Below the pieces are notes generated by a model. It worked only from the letters and a program-made list of their open reading frames with translations. It was not told the origin of the DNA and ran no database searches. 59,885 bases of DNA from a virus (lineage: Duplodnaviria > Caudoviricetes): positions 1 to 59,885 of the IMG/VR virus record IMGVR_UViG_3300008952_000052; one strand, 5' to 3'. Shown here in pieces: positions 43,801-54,017 of the stretch (position 1 is the first letter of the stretch; every line of letters begins with the position of its first letter). Position numbers and translations under genes: made by a program.

Positions 43801-46800
43801 TGCGGTGTAGCACTGTTGTTTTGATAAAGATCAAAATCAATAGTAGACTCAAGATTGGCTGCATTGATGAGATCCCCTTTAATTCTAAACATCGCCAAAG
43901 CTGCATTGTTAGTATCCACCCCAGCTATATTTAAGGTAATGCTTTGACCCGAACCAGCGACATTAGCTAAAGTATCATCATACTGTCCAAGAAATTGAAG
44001 GGTCTTATCGTATGGGGTTATTCCATGAGCATAAGCATGGAGAATCCCAACAGGTACAGGAGTACCAGAAGGGTCTTCAGTGAAATTAATTCCACCAATC
44101 AGCCCAGAGTCCACTCCTTGAACTTGTAAAAATCGAACAGGTTTTGTTGTTGTTCCCAAATCTTGACCAACAGCATCAGGAACCAAATTAGTACTAATCA
44201 CTGACCAGTCTGCGAGAGCTACAGCATTGGCATCCACATAGGCTTTGACACTCTCTGAAGTAGACAAAGTATCAGCAGAAGCCGAAGACATAGTATCATC
44301 ATCAATAATTCCTGTAATAACAACACTTGCAGAAACACCAACCTTCAAAGATGTTCCAACATGAACCACTCCAGAAGCGTGATCTATGGTAATCCCTTTA
44401 GCGAGATCAGAAGCATTAGCCATAGTGAACATGTCTGTACTGTTGTCATAATGAACAGTAAACATAAACGTGGCGAGGTCATAAAAATCTATGGCTGCTT
44501 TTTCACTTGTTCCAGCCTTAATAGCCATTTTAGAATGAGAAGCATTGTAAATCTCAAACTGGTGAGTGGCTACCCCACTACCACCGCCCATAACACCTTG
44601 TAGCTTACCAGTATTATCAATCTGCCAGTACAACGTATTGTCAGTCATAAAGTCTATGGTATCAGCAGTCTGCGCTATAACTTTTGTGGTTTGAGCAGCG
44701 TTCTCAATTCTATCTCCAGAAGAAGCCAAACCAGAAGAAGTAGCAATCAAGACAGGAGTAGCATCACTTTCTGCTTTGTAATACAGACCATTGTCTGTCA
44801 AAGAAGCAGATCCATCACTAACAAACAAGGCTCCCTGATTAGCAGCAGTCGGAACATTAGCATTCGTATATGCCACTTCATCAAAGATCATTCCCTTGGG
44901 ATCGATAAGGCCGGGTACTGTGAGCTTTCCAGTTACAGCATCATAGATCATCGGCATTGTGCCAGCAGCAGCACCTCCGATTGTGATTTCTTGTGTGTTG
45001 GAACAGTGAAGGTTCACAAACTCTGGAGCAGTACCAGCTACATACACAGCACCACTGGAAACTTTGAATTCTCCAAGATTAAGATTGAGGTCGTTAGCTA
45101 CAGCAGGTGATGTGGGTTCATCTGAAACATAAACAACGTCAGCCAATTCTCCCTTGGCAGTGGTTGTTACAACCACCTTTCCAGAGGTTTCTGAGAATAC
45201 CAGAAGACCAACTCCTCTCAATACTCCTTCAGTACCATTATGAGCAGTATTGAGAGCAGAGAGTAAGAGAGACATATTAGCGTAGCCAGTCAGCAACTCA
45301 ATGACTACCTCTCCCATCGGAGTAGCAAAAGTGATATTCCCAGCACAAGTCGTTGGAAGTGTTGCTGCTGCATTTGCTGTCAGTGTGGCAGCAGTCATAG
45401 CAAGGGGGTTGACCAGTCTCATCCAACCATAAGGTTCATCAGCACCAGCAGCAGTAGAGGCTCCCGGAATAACGAAAATCGTACCTGCTGGACAATTAAT
45501 TCCACTACTCTGTGTAGCAGGTAGATATGAACCACCCTGAAGGAAGACATCACCAGAATGAGGCCCCGCAGTGGCTCCATCTGTTTCTAAAGTATCACCA
45601 CCTTGAATAATGACCCAACCAACACTACCATTACTGGTTGTTGTTGAAGATTGAGTTTGAAGTCTAAGATTATAGCTATGAGAAGAGTCTCTTGAATTCC
45701 CTTGAATGATACCAGCAGGGAGAGAACGTCTGTCTGCATTAGCAGCAATATCAGAAGGCCAAACCGTATGACCAAGATTTAATCTTGGCCCCATTGCGAG
45801 ATAATTGGGATCAAGCTCTATTTCAGGAGCAGAAATTCCACCAACCTCAATACTTCCTTCAATTTGTAAGTGTCCGTGTCTTGGATCATTTGCACCAAAT
45901 TTATCAACACCAGCACCAGAAAGGTTAGGAAGGGCTGGTGTAGAAGAGGCTTGGATAACCACAGGCCCCGCATCAGCAGAGATTTTTCTACCAGCACCAG
46001 AACCAGCTACAGGAGGGTTTACCGAAGTGAAACCATCATAGGCAACATCAAGAGAGCCGTAAGCATTAAAGGCTCCTTGAGTAGTAGCAAAGAAAGCCAG
46101 ATCATCAATCGCATCCTGAACATCCTCTGCACCCAATTGGTTTGCAAGGGGGATAGCAACGACCCCACCACTGAAAGGATCAGGATAATTGTTCTGATAG
46201 TGAATACTCTTGGCTTGGGTGTGTGTGGCAAAAATGTTGGGCTTTGTACCAGCAAATACATAACCCGGCGCTGCTGCACCAGAAGTAGGATCTCCATATT
46301 TACAAGAGGAAACATCCAAAACAGTATTTGCTAAAACCATTCCTGTAGTGTCGAAGTGAATGGGTGCAATACCAAAATCAGAGAAGGAAAGATAGACTTT
46401 CACATCACCAGCTTTTGCTAATGAACCACCCTCTCCAATGTGAAGAGTGCGACCTACAAAGGAAGAAGTGACTTCAGACCAACGAATTCTGGTTGTTGAA
46501 GCGTTTGTGAGAATACCATATCCATTAGAACCATTCTTTCCAGCGACAACAGATCTATCAACCAGAAGGTCAAAAGTCTCCGCTACAACATTAGCAATAA
46601 TCGGATTGGCTTTGATAGCACTATCTCCAAAGACAGTACTGCCAATGATAAAAAGCTTTCCACAATAGCAGTTAGCAGTAATCGCTGTCTGACCAGCCGT
46701 GGAAAGTGAATTGTAGACATAGGAATCTATGATGTAGGTTTCAGCCGTAAAGGTAGTGCTGCTGACAGGATCTGAGACTGCAAAGATAGCAGAAGTGCCT

Positions 46801-47819
46801 GATCCAGCCGTGTGTAATACCGCACAGTCAATGAGGTACATTTTCCCACGTTTATGGGTAATCGTTGGTTGGGTAGAGGCTCCATCATCGGTTTCAAACT
46901 GAATTCCCATACAGACGAGAAGGTCTGCATTAGCACCAGCATCAAATAGATGACCTGCATTTGATTTTGTTCTCGCAACAACACCTTTTGTCTGTGCTGT
47001 AGGAGATGGGTTAATGAGATCAGCAGCTACAATGTGAATATGAGGCTCAAATACAAGGCTCTCTTCGTACAGTCCATTCCTCACCAAAATCACATAAGGT
47101 TGATCTGCTGATGGTGCTGGCTCCCCACGGGTTGCTGCCGTATTCGCATATGCGATAGCATCTTGAATTTTGAAAAAGTCAGCGAAGCCTTCTGCATAAG
47201 TAGTCACCCCACTCGTTGCTAAAGAAGCGGAGTCGGGGCCGGGCATAGAGACTAAATTTGTAGTGTGATCATTTGGAGCTTGAGAAGCATCGTAAGATTT
47301 TCGCCCCCTGTTCGCATCAACATAGAGAACACGACCACTGGTGCTAACCCTTCTCACATAAGCCAGAAGTCTTTGGAGGTTTTGGTTCTGGTTGTCAGCC
47401 CAACCAACGATATCTATGTCAACAGGAATGGAACCAACCGTATCTTTTCGTTCACCAGCAGCAGGGAGTTTAAGATCACCAAAACGGGTTTGACTACGAA
47501 CCCGTAAAAAAACCGTATCCTCATTGGATGTGCCTAAATCTGTGATCAAACGAACAAGGTAGGAGCCTTCGTGATCTACATTAAATTTACACCAATACTG
47601 AGTAGATCCCGGCGGACTAATTAAAGCTGCTGATGATGCTACGGCACTTGGACTGTCTGGAGTGAAAACGATTGTCCAATTGTAAGTAGAAATACCTGAT
47701 GTGCTTGCCACCTCACACTTGATTTCATCACCCTTACGGGCAGTTTCTACACTTTGATTTGTTGGATGGGATGTTGGGGTTCCATTATGGGTGACCGTAA
47801 TACTAAAATTGGCTGACAT
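40839..47819 (-). CDS. tail fibre/tailspike-like protein (2326 aa) with PKD-like N-terminus, pectin-lyase-like beta-helix region and tandem ~200-aa repeat
   Basis: YNWTIV...GSYLVRL; KIQDAI...ILVRNGLYEE beta-helix cap; DVQDAIDDL; duplicated STNLVP...AQVRFExPL...LP...G...D module; GGAG SD. Confidence 0.75.
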   Translation of the reverse strand: MSANFSITVTHNGTPTSHPTNQSVETARKGDEIKCEVASTSGISTYNWTIVFTPDSPSAVASSAALISPPGSTQYWCKFNVDHEGSYLVRLITDLGTSNEDTVFLRVRSQTRFGDLKLPAAGERKDTVGSIPVDIDIVGWADNQNQNLQRLLAYVRRVSTSGRVLYVDANRGRKSYDASQAPNDHTTNLVSMPGPDSASLATSGVTTYAEGFADFFKIQDAIAYANTAATRGEPAPSADQPYVILVRNGLYEESLVFEPHIHIVAADLINPSPTAQTKGVVARTKSNAGHLFDAGANADLLVCMGIQFETDDGASTQPTITHKRGKMYLIDCAVLHTAGSGTSAIFAVSDPVSSTTFTAETYIIDSYVYNSLSTAGQTAITANCYCGKLFIIGSTVFGDSAIKANPIIANVVAETFDLLVDRSVVAGKNGSNGYGILTNASTTRIRWSEVTSSFVGRTLHIGEGGSLAKAGDVKVYLSFSDFGIAPIHFDTTGMVLANTVLDVSSCKYGDPTSGAAAPGYVFAGTKPNIFATHTQAKSIHYQNNYPDPFSGGVVAIPLANQLGAEDVQDAIDDLAFFATTQGAFNAYGSLDVAYDGFTSVNPPVAGSGAGRKISADAGPVVIQASSTPALPNLSGAGVDKFGANDPRHGHLQIEGSIEVGGISAPEIELDPNYLAMGPRLNLGHTVWPSDIAANADRRSLPAGIIQGNSRDSSHSYNLRLQTQSSTTTSNGSVGWVIIQGGDTLETDGATAGPHSGDVFLQGGSYLPATQSSGINCPAGTIFVIPGASTAAGADEPYGWMRLVNPLAMTAATLTANAAATLPTTCAGNITFATPMGEVVIELLTGYANMSLLLSALNTAHNGTEGVLRGVGLLVFSETSGKVVVTTTAKGELADVVYVSDEPTSPAVANDLNLNLGEFKVSSGAVYVAGTAPEFVNLHCSNTQEITIGGAAAGTMPMIYDAVTGKLTVPGLIDPKGMIFDEVAYTNANVPTAANQGALFVSDGSASLTDNGLYYKAESDATPVLIATSSGLASSGDRIENAAQTTKVIAQTADTIDFMTDNTLYWQIDNTGKLQGVMGGGSGVATHQFEIYNASHSKMAIKAGTSEKAAIDFYDLATFMFTVHYDNSTDMFTMANASDLAKGITIDHASGVVHVGTSLKVGVSASVVITGIIDDDTMSSASADTLSTSESVKAYVDANAVALADWSVISTNLVPDAVGQDLGTTTKPVRFLQVQGVDSGLIGGINFTEDPSGTPVPVGILHAYAHGITPYDKTLQFLGQYDDTLANVAGSGQSITLNIAGVDTNNAALAMFRIKGDLINAANLESTIDFDLYQNNSATPQTMFSLFADTANSKIAQVRFEVPLLLKNYATGSLPSSGTILAGTIAYDSTTNEVKVWDGGNWSAMGGSGGLTNWSENSTNLVPNTATQTFGEVASTVQTIFVQSDQGGTKDKGLHFADSGGSERGFHVMEGSNSYGKSSHHFASTYAETKANLTTGHGTGVVWRGEATDGAVYIMRQISNFTDIANLESQVDFDYGDNPGWTTMFSFFKDTSSTQAAQVRFETPLALNSYPTASLPTATEYRDGALVFDTTVNAIKVKHSGIWNGLTGSGNLSGSGSAQQVGVFDGAGNVVGQAELLFDSANKTLTVDSSNSNMASYLELTNSGVGANEDEWRVGRDQYGVFRIDHQGKDLSAATLMVEGVPAIASLPQELILKVDNGNGAGIQSATYTINLNSNGATDNTWSVVSPTVASANIDVATITTTKVALAGAINTLLVLITNYSSSVETTNTGPNQPYYDVLLQAINPTATYDIAVSGTAMENDAGGGISYTLQPFGWKAVLHIDTEETARGARHNLGLQGVYGNLWQEDQFIFGKATGSNIIKITSGDITPFDSTFPNGTTRANGLVIFGNDPAIPTAYGMLRMNNGSFQLSNLDDGVNGILLQFSEEQTATIQAAAATNKTTFKVQGNSDSTATNGSEICRILQIEHETEAAPDKGGGIETKYEFNNKGLGFFNFQLTDASNGQEDSQCFIKTLINGTSTASLVISAGKTTFAKAIKIGVDASTTTNVWDGAAWVIGAKEPSTISATETGSPLTSTLHHQYTASKKSQIIDARELVVVRKGRDIAYPDDINPSTNEVDFVQSIGNSRHLYTPTLKSDTSSSEEMVGWFLTNTQAQAITSDLNYYTEIAIPYPANKMGGDFGGTNALFEVKIWYYGQCDDIMGSIVDIDASDRPTITLSLHNTADGVLIGQEAKANTATTINAGVNVGTINNYLFENSNADLDLSSLATVPNAGDTLRVTINIAFPSGRTNDRIPHMVGRVTAKFKQES

Positions 47820-47860
47820 TTGTAACTCTCCATAAAAGATCGGTAGTCATATAAAACAAG

Positions 47861-49372
47861 TCATAGATAAAATAGGGAAGAAACATCCTCTCCAATCCTA
47901 TCTTTTGGTGTCCTTACTCCCAACCTATCTACCGTAAGACGGTATGATTGTGCTGTTGCTGTTCCTTTCATCCTTTGATCTAAACGAATAGTAGAAAGTC
48001 CTAATTTCACTTTGGTAGATGACCCCGAAGTGAAACCAACCCTTCCACCATTAGATTCCAATAGGAACTCCATTCGATAATTTCCTTTATTTTGACCATC
48101 TATAATGGTCAGGATCGTGCCTTCTCCACAAGAAGAGAAGTCTTGATCAAGGTCTTTTATAGTGTTTCCATTGAGAACCGTTAATTTCCCACTCAATCCA
48201 TTAGAGGTTGTATAGGATCGTGGAGTGTTATCTGCTCCCAAAGGAAAGCAAAGAACATCCTTGACCCTGTAGGTTCCCTTGTTCACACCACTCAGAATCT
48301 CTAAGGAAGCACCTATTGGTACGCTCTGAAAGTTTTTTGAAGTGTCCGTAAACAAAGATCTGTCTGTAAGGGTAGCTCCGTACCCTGTTATTTCTTTTGC
48401 CCCACTACAAAATTTGCGAAAATCCTCATAATAAGAGAGGTCATAGTCCATAGATAAGACATCTGTAAAAACTTGCTGATAGACCTCTCTGAATAAATGT
48501 CTGAATTCATAGAGCGTGTGGGCTGGTTTCAGAATCTGCATCACCAGCGGTAAATTATTGAAAATCTTTTGGATATTCTCTGAGAATTCTGAAACAAGAT
48601 GATGAGTATGCCCTCCGTCCTCAGAAGCTAAAACCTTGAATTGATATATTTCATGGGTGTGGGTTTCACCCTCTCCATCAAGACTGATAGTCTTCCCATT
48701 ACCATCACTATCCATTCGTATCGTATGATAATGATCTTCATCTGAAGAGGTGGTTTTCACATTCAAAAGGGAAACTTCAAATTCAAACTGATCTGCAAGT
48801 CTGTAAGCTGAATTAGGTGTCCTCTTCATCTCCATAGATTTCTCTATGATCTGAATATCCCCTTCAGTCAAGAGCCTAATCCCTTCTTTAACTGTAGAAA
48901 GTCTTGAACCATTTAGAAGAAGAACAATCATCTTCTTCAGAAATGTTCTGTGTTCTATGTCGCTGTCCAACTTGAATGTGAAATCACGATAATGAGGATT
49001 GACCAGCCCACCAAGGATCTGGTAGAGAAATTCTGGTCTTGTGAAATCAAAATCACTGTCTGAATAGACCTCTTGTGCTACTACCTGTATCTTAGCTATT
49101 TGCTCGGCTGCACTTTGAAGTTGCAAGGTATAGAAAGGCCCCTTCACCTGAGAGATATAATTGCTTGGTAGCAAAGACATCAAGACTTCCAGTATTCTCT
49201 CAGTCTGAATCCTAACTCCCCTGTACCACTCCTGACCTGTCTCCTCTATAGGAGAGGGGTTTATGGCTACGCTGTTGGGAAAGGTCTTCTCAGAGCCTTC
49301 TACATAGTCTGTTTCTGGAAGCTTTGATCCTTCACTATTATATGGAACAAAAGGGTCTTTCTTTATCGACAT
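47861..49372 (-). CDS. baseplate wedge protein (P2 gpI/T4 gp7-like) with His-rich insertion
   Basis: Directly follows the baseplate J-like gene; RPEFLYQILG, LKPAHT motif. Confidence 0.65.
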   Translation of the reverse strand: MSIKKDPFVPYNSEGSKLPETDYVEGSEKTFPNSVAINPSPIEETGQEWYRGVRIQTERILEVLMSLLPSNYISQVKGPFYTLQLQSAAEQIAKIQVVAQEVYSDSDFDFTRPEFLYQILGGLVNPHYRDFTFKLDSDIEHRTFLKKMIVLLLNGSRLSTVKEGIRLLTEGDIQIIEKSMEMKRTPNSAYRLADQFEFEVSLLNVKTTSSDEDHYHTIRMDSDGNGKTISLDGEGETHTHEIYQFKVLASEDGGHTHHLVSEFSENIQKIFNNLPLVMQILKPAHTLYEFRHLFREVYQQVFTDVLSMDYDLSYYEDFRKFCSGAKEITGYGATLTDRSLFTDTSKNFQSVPIGASLEILSGVNKGTYRVKDVLCFPLGADNTPRSYTTSNGLSGKLTVLNGNTIKDLDQDFSSCGEGTILTIIDGQNKGNYRMEFLLESNGGRVGFTSGSSTKVKLGLSTIRLDQRMKGTATAQSYRLTVDRLGVRTPKDRIGEDVSSLFYL

Positions 49373-49374
49373 TC

Positions 49375-52300
49375 TTAGTATCCCCCACTGGAGGAATATG
49401 AAGTACCTGCTGACAGACGATTGGAAACACTGTCAGAATCGTATAAAAATTCAAAGGTTCCCGGAATTAGATACTCAATCGGCCCAGTTTCAATACTGGA
49501 AACACCTTCACTTCTACCTACAAAATAAGTCACATCGTAAGTATATGAAGTTGGAATTTCTTCATAGGACATCGTGACCAAAACCCTGTTGGCTGTCATA
49601 CTAACAGCAAGATCGTTTATTTCATTCTCTGTCTTTGAAGGATAAAGAGCCTGTAGTGTCTCCTGATCTGAGTATCCTTGGATAGACATCCCTTCATATC
49701 CTATGATGAAAGCCCTTCCCGATTTCTCTACAAAAGGAAGCCCCTCACTATTAGGAATATCTACAATTATTTCTAACGGAGTGGTTCCTTGATACACGGC
49801 TCTGAATTCATTTACTGATCCACCACCTGTTAAGGTATCTGAGTTTAGGGGGTCTTTGATGAGATATGTGCAGACCTCATTTGTAGACCAAGCATCTATT
49901 TTCACAATGTCAGCATCTTCACTGGCATCTATAGCTTCTCTTACAACATAGGATTCTTCTGTTCTACTCACCTTTGTAAGAGGAACCACCACATAAGAAA
50001 CACCAGTGGTATTATCTATCACTTCAATAATATCAGATTGTCTAAGGGGTGTTCCGAAAGATAGAGAATTAAAGAGGTTGTATAATCTTCCTCTGAGTAA
50101 TCGATCCACTACGGACATTTCAGCCCCTTGTGAAAGAATGACCGTTGCAGAAATATCTACAATATTCCTAACAGCCTCTTTCACAACAACATCGGCTGTT
50201 AAATGCTTCATATTGTTAATGCTGTTCTGAGCCACACTCAACATAGAATTCACCGAATACGTCACAGTGTAATTCTCATCATGCTTATAGGAAGCTATAA
50301 CCACAGATCCTGACGGAATAGCACTGTTTTCGGTTCTCTGAATACCAAGAGGGGTATTATCATCTCCTTCAATAACTCTATAATCAGGAAAAGAAGAAGT
50401 AGGTGAAGCGTACTCCGTACCCTCAGAATCTGTGATAACTATCGTCAAAGGGTTAATCCCTAAATACCGAAGATAATCAACAGTATTTCCAACCAAGATA
50501 TGTTCTTCATCAGTAACAGTTGTGACTGAACCAAGATCCTTCTCTGTACTTATTTGTATGTGGTCAGCAGCTAAGGTTGAGTACCCCATTTCCAGAATAG
50601 ATTGTTTGCGGTATAGGGCATATTCGGTATCGGTAAGAACCACATTACTTCCAGAAACGTCAATCAAAGAAAGTACTGGCTGTCTGGACATTGTGAAAGC
50701 ATTGCTGGTGCGGTAGCGGTAATCTCCCATGACGACATCTGTTAAATCAAGATCAGCAGGGTCATTATATTGACTGGAAAGCTGAATTCTATTGTAAGAA
50801 AGAATGGTCAGCCCTGTTAAAACGAAATTCGTACCTTCACTGTGGTTTCGGATACCATAAGGAGGAACCTCATCAGGCAAATCTAAAACTTCTATCAAGG
50901 GATTGTCCAGCGTAAGATTTTGATCTTGGATTTCAAAAATAAGATCCTGCGGATCACCAACCACTTCAAATTGAACATCCCTCTTTGTTTCAAAAGAAAA
51001 GGCAAAATTGTCTGTAACGATTGAATCTTGCGACCCCCGTATATAAACATCAACCTTCCCACCTTTGTGTTGTTGAAGGGTGTTGTCATAATCTCTCTTC
51101 ATCAGGCTCTCTCCAGAACCAACAATCTTACTTTCAGCCACACCAGCCAAACCTGAAACCAACTGCCGATAGCCTTGAAGGGTTCCTGTATCTACAGAGG
51201 AAAGGGTGTGCTGCGCCCTTACAGCCAATTCTCTATTACTCTCTTGATCTCTACCTCCAAAGAAAGTCTCTTTATTCCTCACAAGTACGTTCAAACCCGT
51301 AACAGTAGTGATTTTCCCCACCGAAACATTTCCAACAAGCCCAGAAGAATTGCAGATAGCAAATGTCGTAACCTCATACCACCCCGTAGAAGGGTCGTAG
51401 TGTGAGATCAAATTCCGTAATGAAATTTCAGTATAGGCTGTCGTTCTAAAGGAGAGGCTTCCAGCAGAAATTGTCGTACCAAGAGGGATACTATGCGTTG
51501 TTGTTGGTTTTGAAGTTACATAGAAGGTGACTTGACCTCTGGAGGGAGTGCCACCTCTTCTATAAACCCCAACATTAGAAGCCAGTTTTTCAAAAGCAGC
51601 ATCTATAAGATTCTGCGCTTTCATTGAATTTTTGAGGTAAAAAGACTGAGCTAAAGCCTGTTTGTATGGTGAAGAGGCTGGTGAGATTGAAAACCCTGAA
51701 TTTGTAGGATCATCAATCTCTAATAGAGTGCTGAAAGACTGTGTACGAGAAAGGAAATCAATAAGAAATCGTAACCTCACGCTCTCAGCAGACATTGGAT
51801 CTATAAAAGTATCTCTTAATACCGCACCGGGCTGAACAGCTATGTTTTCATTGGCTCTGTGAATGGAGGTAACAATTTCCCTAACTACCTGTCTTCTGGA
51901 AACAGTGGGCAATGAGGCAGTATTCAAAGAAAGCTGTATCGGATATCCAACAACCTCTAAAGAATACGGACTTTCAAACTCCACACCAGAAATCGTATTG
52001 TAATAAACCGCAGTTACTACATAATATAAAGGTCTATCCAAAGGAGTAGAAGAGAACTCATTATCAGGTACTGTAGAAGGAGTTGAATTTATGCTCCCAA
52101 GCCTATTGTGAGTGAAAGAGTATCGGTTTTTCTTGGCAATGCTCTCTACTGTAATCGAAGTCCTAAATTGTGTGGTCGCTTCATTAACCGCCATTCTCTC
52201 GTTAAATTCAACAGATACGGTATCTCCTTTAGTGTCTTCCTGATACCCAAAAACCCGAAAGTAAAGGGGGTCTACAGTAAGATCTCCATTAGCATCCACA

Positions 52301-52881
52301 GATGGAGTAGAGTCTACTGCCAGTTGTCCAATTATGGTAGTATCCTCAATCACTTTATCAACATCTCCTATGGGAGATGGATTAAGGAGTTTATACCCTA
52401 TTGATCCACCACCCTCTGAAGTAGCTGCGTAGTAATTCATACCAAGGAACTGTCTTTCATAGGAATTGGAAGCAGCTATCTCTGCGGAAAGTCTCACAAG
52501 TCCAGTTAATCTTTCTACCCTTACTCCAACAGGAATCCCCGACACAGCAGGTAGCTCTTCACTCTGCAATAGAGTGACCCTAATTAATGCTTCCTCCGTG
52601 ACTGAACCATCTGTTAGGATAGACCTAACCTTTATTATGTTTTCCCCTATCATTAAAAGGTATCCATCTGGATACTTAGAGGGGCTTGGTATTGAAAAAG
52701 TCTCCCCTTCAAATGTGATTAGGTCTGGATTATCTTCAAAATCCCTCCCCAAAACAGAAATCTGTAAGTAGGCAGTGTTAGGATCTATTTTGCCTTGAAA
52801 AAACCTACTTTCTATAGATGTGGAAAAGCTAAACTCCTCTCTATACTTCCCATCTGGACATAAAAAACTTGGTGATATCAT
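49375..52881 (-). CDS. baseplate J-like (T4 gp6/P2 gpJ) wedge protein
   Basis: QPGAVLRDTFIDP, LASNVGVYRR...SRGQVTFY, IPLGT, GLVGNV, GGRDQESNREL, GGKVDVYIRG, LRQSDII; follows the gp25-like gene. Confidence 0.85.
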   Translation of the reverse strand: MISPSFLCPDGKYREEFSFSTSIESRFFQGKIDPNTAYLQISVLGRDFEDNPDLITFEGETFSIPSPSKYPDGYLLMIGENIIKVRSILTDGSVTEEALIRVTLLQSEELPAVSGIPVGVRVERLTGLVRLSAEIAASNSYERQFLGMNYYAATSEGGGSIGYKLLNPSPIGDVDKVIEDTTIIGQLAVDSTPSVDANGDLTVDPLYFRVFGYQEDTKGDTVSVEFNERMAVNEATTQFRTSITVESIAKKNRYSFTHNRLGSINSTPSTVPDNEFSSTPLDRPLYYVVTAVYYNTISGVEFESPYSLEVVGYPIQLSLNTASLPTVSRRQVVREIVTSIHRANENIAVQPGAVLRDTFIDPMSAESVRLRFLIDFLSRTQSFSTLLEIDDPTNSGFSISPASSPYKQALAQSFYLKNSMKAQNLIDAAFEKLASNVGVYRRGGTPSRGQVTFYVTSKPTTTHSIPLGTTISAGSLSFRTTAYTEISLRNLISHYDPSTGWYEVTTFAICNSSGLVGNVSVGKITTVTGLNVLVRNKETFFGGRDQESNRELAVRAQHTLSSVDTGTLQGYRQLVSGLAGVAESKIVGSGESLMKRDYDNTLQQHKGGKVDVYIRGSQDSIVTDNFAFSFETKRDVQFEVVGDPQDLIFEIQDQNLTLDNPLIEVLDLPDEVPPYGIRNHSEGTNFVLTGLTILSYNRIQLSSQYNDPADLDLTDVVMGDYRYRTSNAFTMSRQPVLSLIDVSGSNVVLTDTEYALYRKQSILEMGYSTLAADHIQISTEKDLGSVTTVTDEEHILVGNTVDYLRYLGINPLTIVITDSEGTEYASPTSSFPDYRVIEGDDNTPLGIQRTENSAIPSGSVVIASYKHDENYTVTYSVNSMLSVAQNSINNMKHLTADVVVKEAVRNIVDISATVILSQGAEMSVVDRLLRGRLYNLFNSLSFGTPLRQSDIIEVIDNTTGVSYVVVPLTKVSRTEESYVVREAIDASEDADIVKIDAWSTNEVCTYLIKDPLNSDTLTGGGSVNEFRAVYQGTTPLEIIVDIPNSEGLPFVEKSGRAFIIGYEGMSIQGYSDQETLQALYPSKTENEINDLAVSMTANRVLVTMSYEEIPTSYTYDVTYFVGRSEGVSSIETGPIEYLIPGTFEFLYDSDSVSNRLSAGTSYSSSGGY

Positions 52882-52892
52882 ATCTTCAAACC

Positions 52893-54017
52893 CTAATAAG
52901 TATTATTGTTGGATACCAACTGTGCTGATCCCATTCTTGCTATGACTTTACCGTCTTGTAAGATACTACTCACAGTACTTGGGTTGCTATATAGTACTGT
53001 TACTTGCAGTCTCTGAGAACTGGCACTTTGAACTACCACATCAATAAGGAAAGTTGTTGGGTCTGTTGGGGAGGGGATTGTCTCAACGCTTAATATCCTG
53101 TAAAGCCTTTCTTTTAGAGTGAGCTTTTGATATTTCCCACTCATAGTCTGATACTCCTGTATCTGAGACAAAGCTCTCCTTACTTCAGCAGAGACTGCTG
53201 AAGAGACTGCTCCAAGAGCCTTTCTTCCAACCTTCTGCCTAAGACTTGTGCCATATCCTTTATAGAAAAGATTGGAGCCTCTATCTGTGAGCAAGATTTT
53301 CAAGCAACTTTGGTAGAGAAGATTCTCATTGTCTACAAATAAAAGCCCCCCATTAGGCCCGAATCTAAAGTCATTTTCTATTTCATTTGCTTGACACCTG
53401 CGGCATTGGTTTGGGTGTGTAAAATAAGAGAGCCTGAAAGAATGGTTGCTCTTTACGGTTTGTGAAAACTGTATCCCTCTTGTGAAAAAATATGTTTCTT
53501 CTTGATTAAGGCTCCATGAGGGGAAAACTTTTTTTCCTCTCGCCCCTGCCTGTAGGTCAAAGCCAATATGTGGAGCAGCTTTGCCCAAGACCTGAATAAT
53601 AGAACTTGAGCCATGTGTTGCAAGATCAGTCAGAGACAAAAATCCGTTGTTATTTTCAACCAAAAGACTTGTAGCCCTTTTCCGTATTTCTTTGACCAGA
53701 TCCTTAATTGACAAGCGGTTTTGAAAAGAAGAAGTTTTCAGCGTTAGCTCTATGTGATCTTCCGTAGAGGAAATTATAAGAGTGTTTTCATATTTGGGAA
53801 TAAAGAAGGGGCCAGCAATTCTGGATTTTATAGAAGCAGGGGTGTAAAGACCTCCTGACGGAATAACCATATCGTTTGCATAGAGGATTGTTCCTCTGGT
53901 TGGGCTGCTAAAGATAGGCTGTCTGGTTGAGATAGTCCTACCATCCCCACTCAAAGTAACTGCTTCTTCAATAGTTTGGTGGGGGCAGGAAAAAGCTAAT
54001 TGGATATCAAAAGACAT
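52893..54017 (-). CDS. baseplate protein with C-terminal gp25/gpW-like domain
   Basis: LLYQSCLKILLTDRGSNLFYKGYGTSL...ERLYRILSV; lies upstream of the baseplate J-like gene. Confidence 0.75.
   Translation of the reverse strand: MSFDIQLAFSCPHQTIEEAVTLSGDGRTISTRQPIFSSPTRGTILYANDMVIPSGGLYTPASIKSRIAGPFFIPKYENTLIISSTEDHIELTLKTSSFQNRLSIKDLVKEIRKRATSLLVENNNGFLSLTDLATHGSSSIIQVLGKAAPHIGFDLQAGARGKKVFPSWSLNQEETYFFTRGIQFSQTVKSNHSFRLSYFTHPNQCRRCQANEIENDFRFGPNGGLLFVDNENLLYQSCLKILLTDRGSNLFYKGYGTSLRQKVGRKALGAVSSAVSAEVRRALSQIQEYQTMSGKYQKLTLKERLYRILSVETIPSPTDPTTFLIDVVVQSASSQRLQVTVLYSNPSTVSSILQDGKVIARMGSAQLVSNNNTY

Noticed and set aside
11537-47819. Diversity-generating retroelement or intein/intron in the fibre genes
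   Set aside because: I saw no reverse transcriptase, adenine-variable repeat pair, intein termini or homing-endonuclease motifs by eye. A computational self-comparison was not possible.
47861-54017. Bacterial extracellular contractile injection system or tailocin
   Set aside because: The adjacent dense cluster of small phage-type genes with repeated promoters, and the lack of bacterial housekeeping genes, favour a phage genome.
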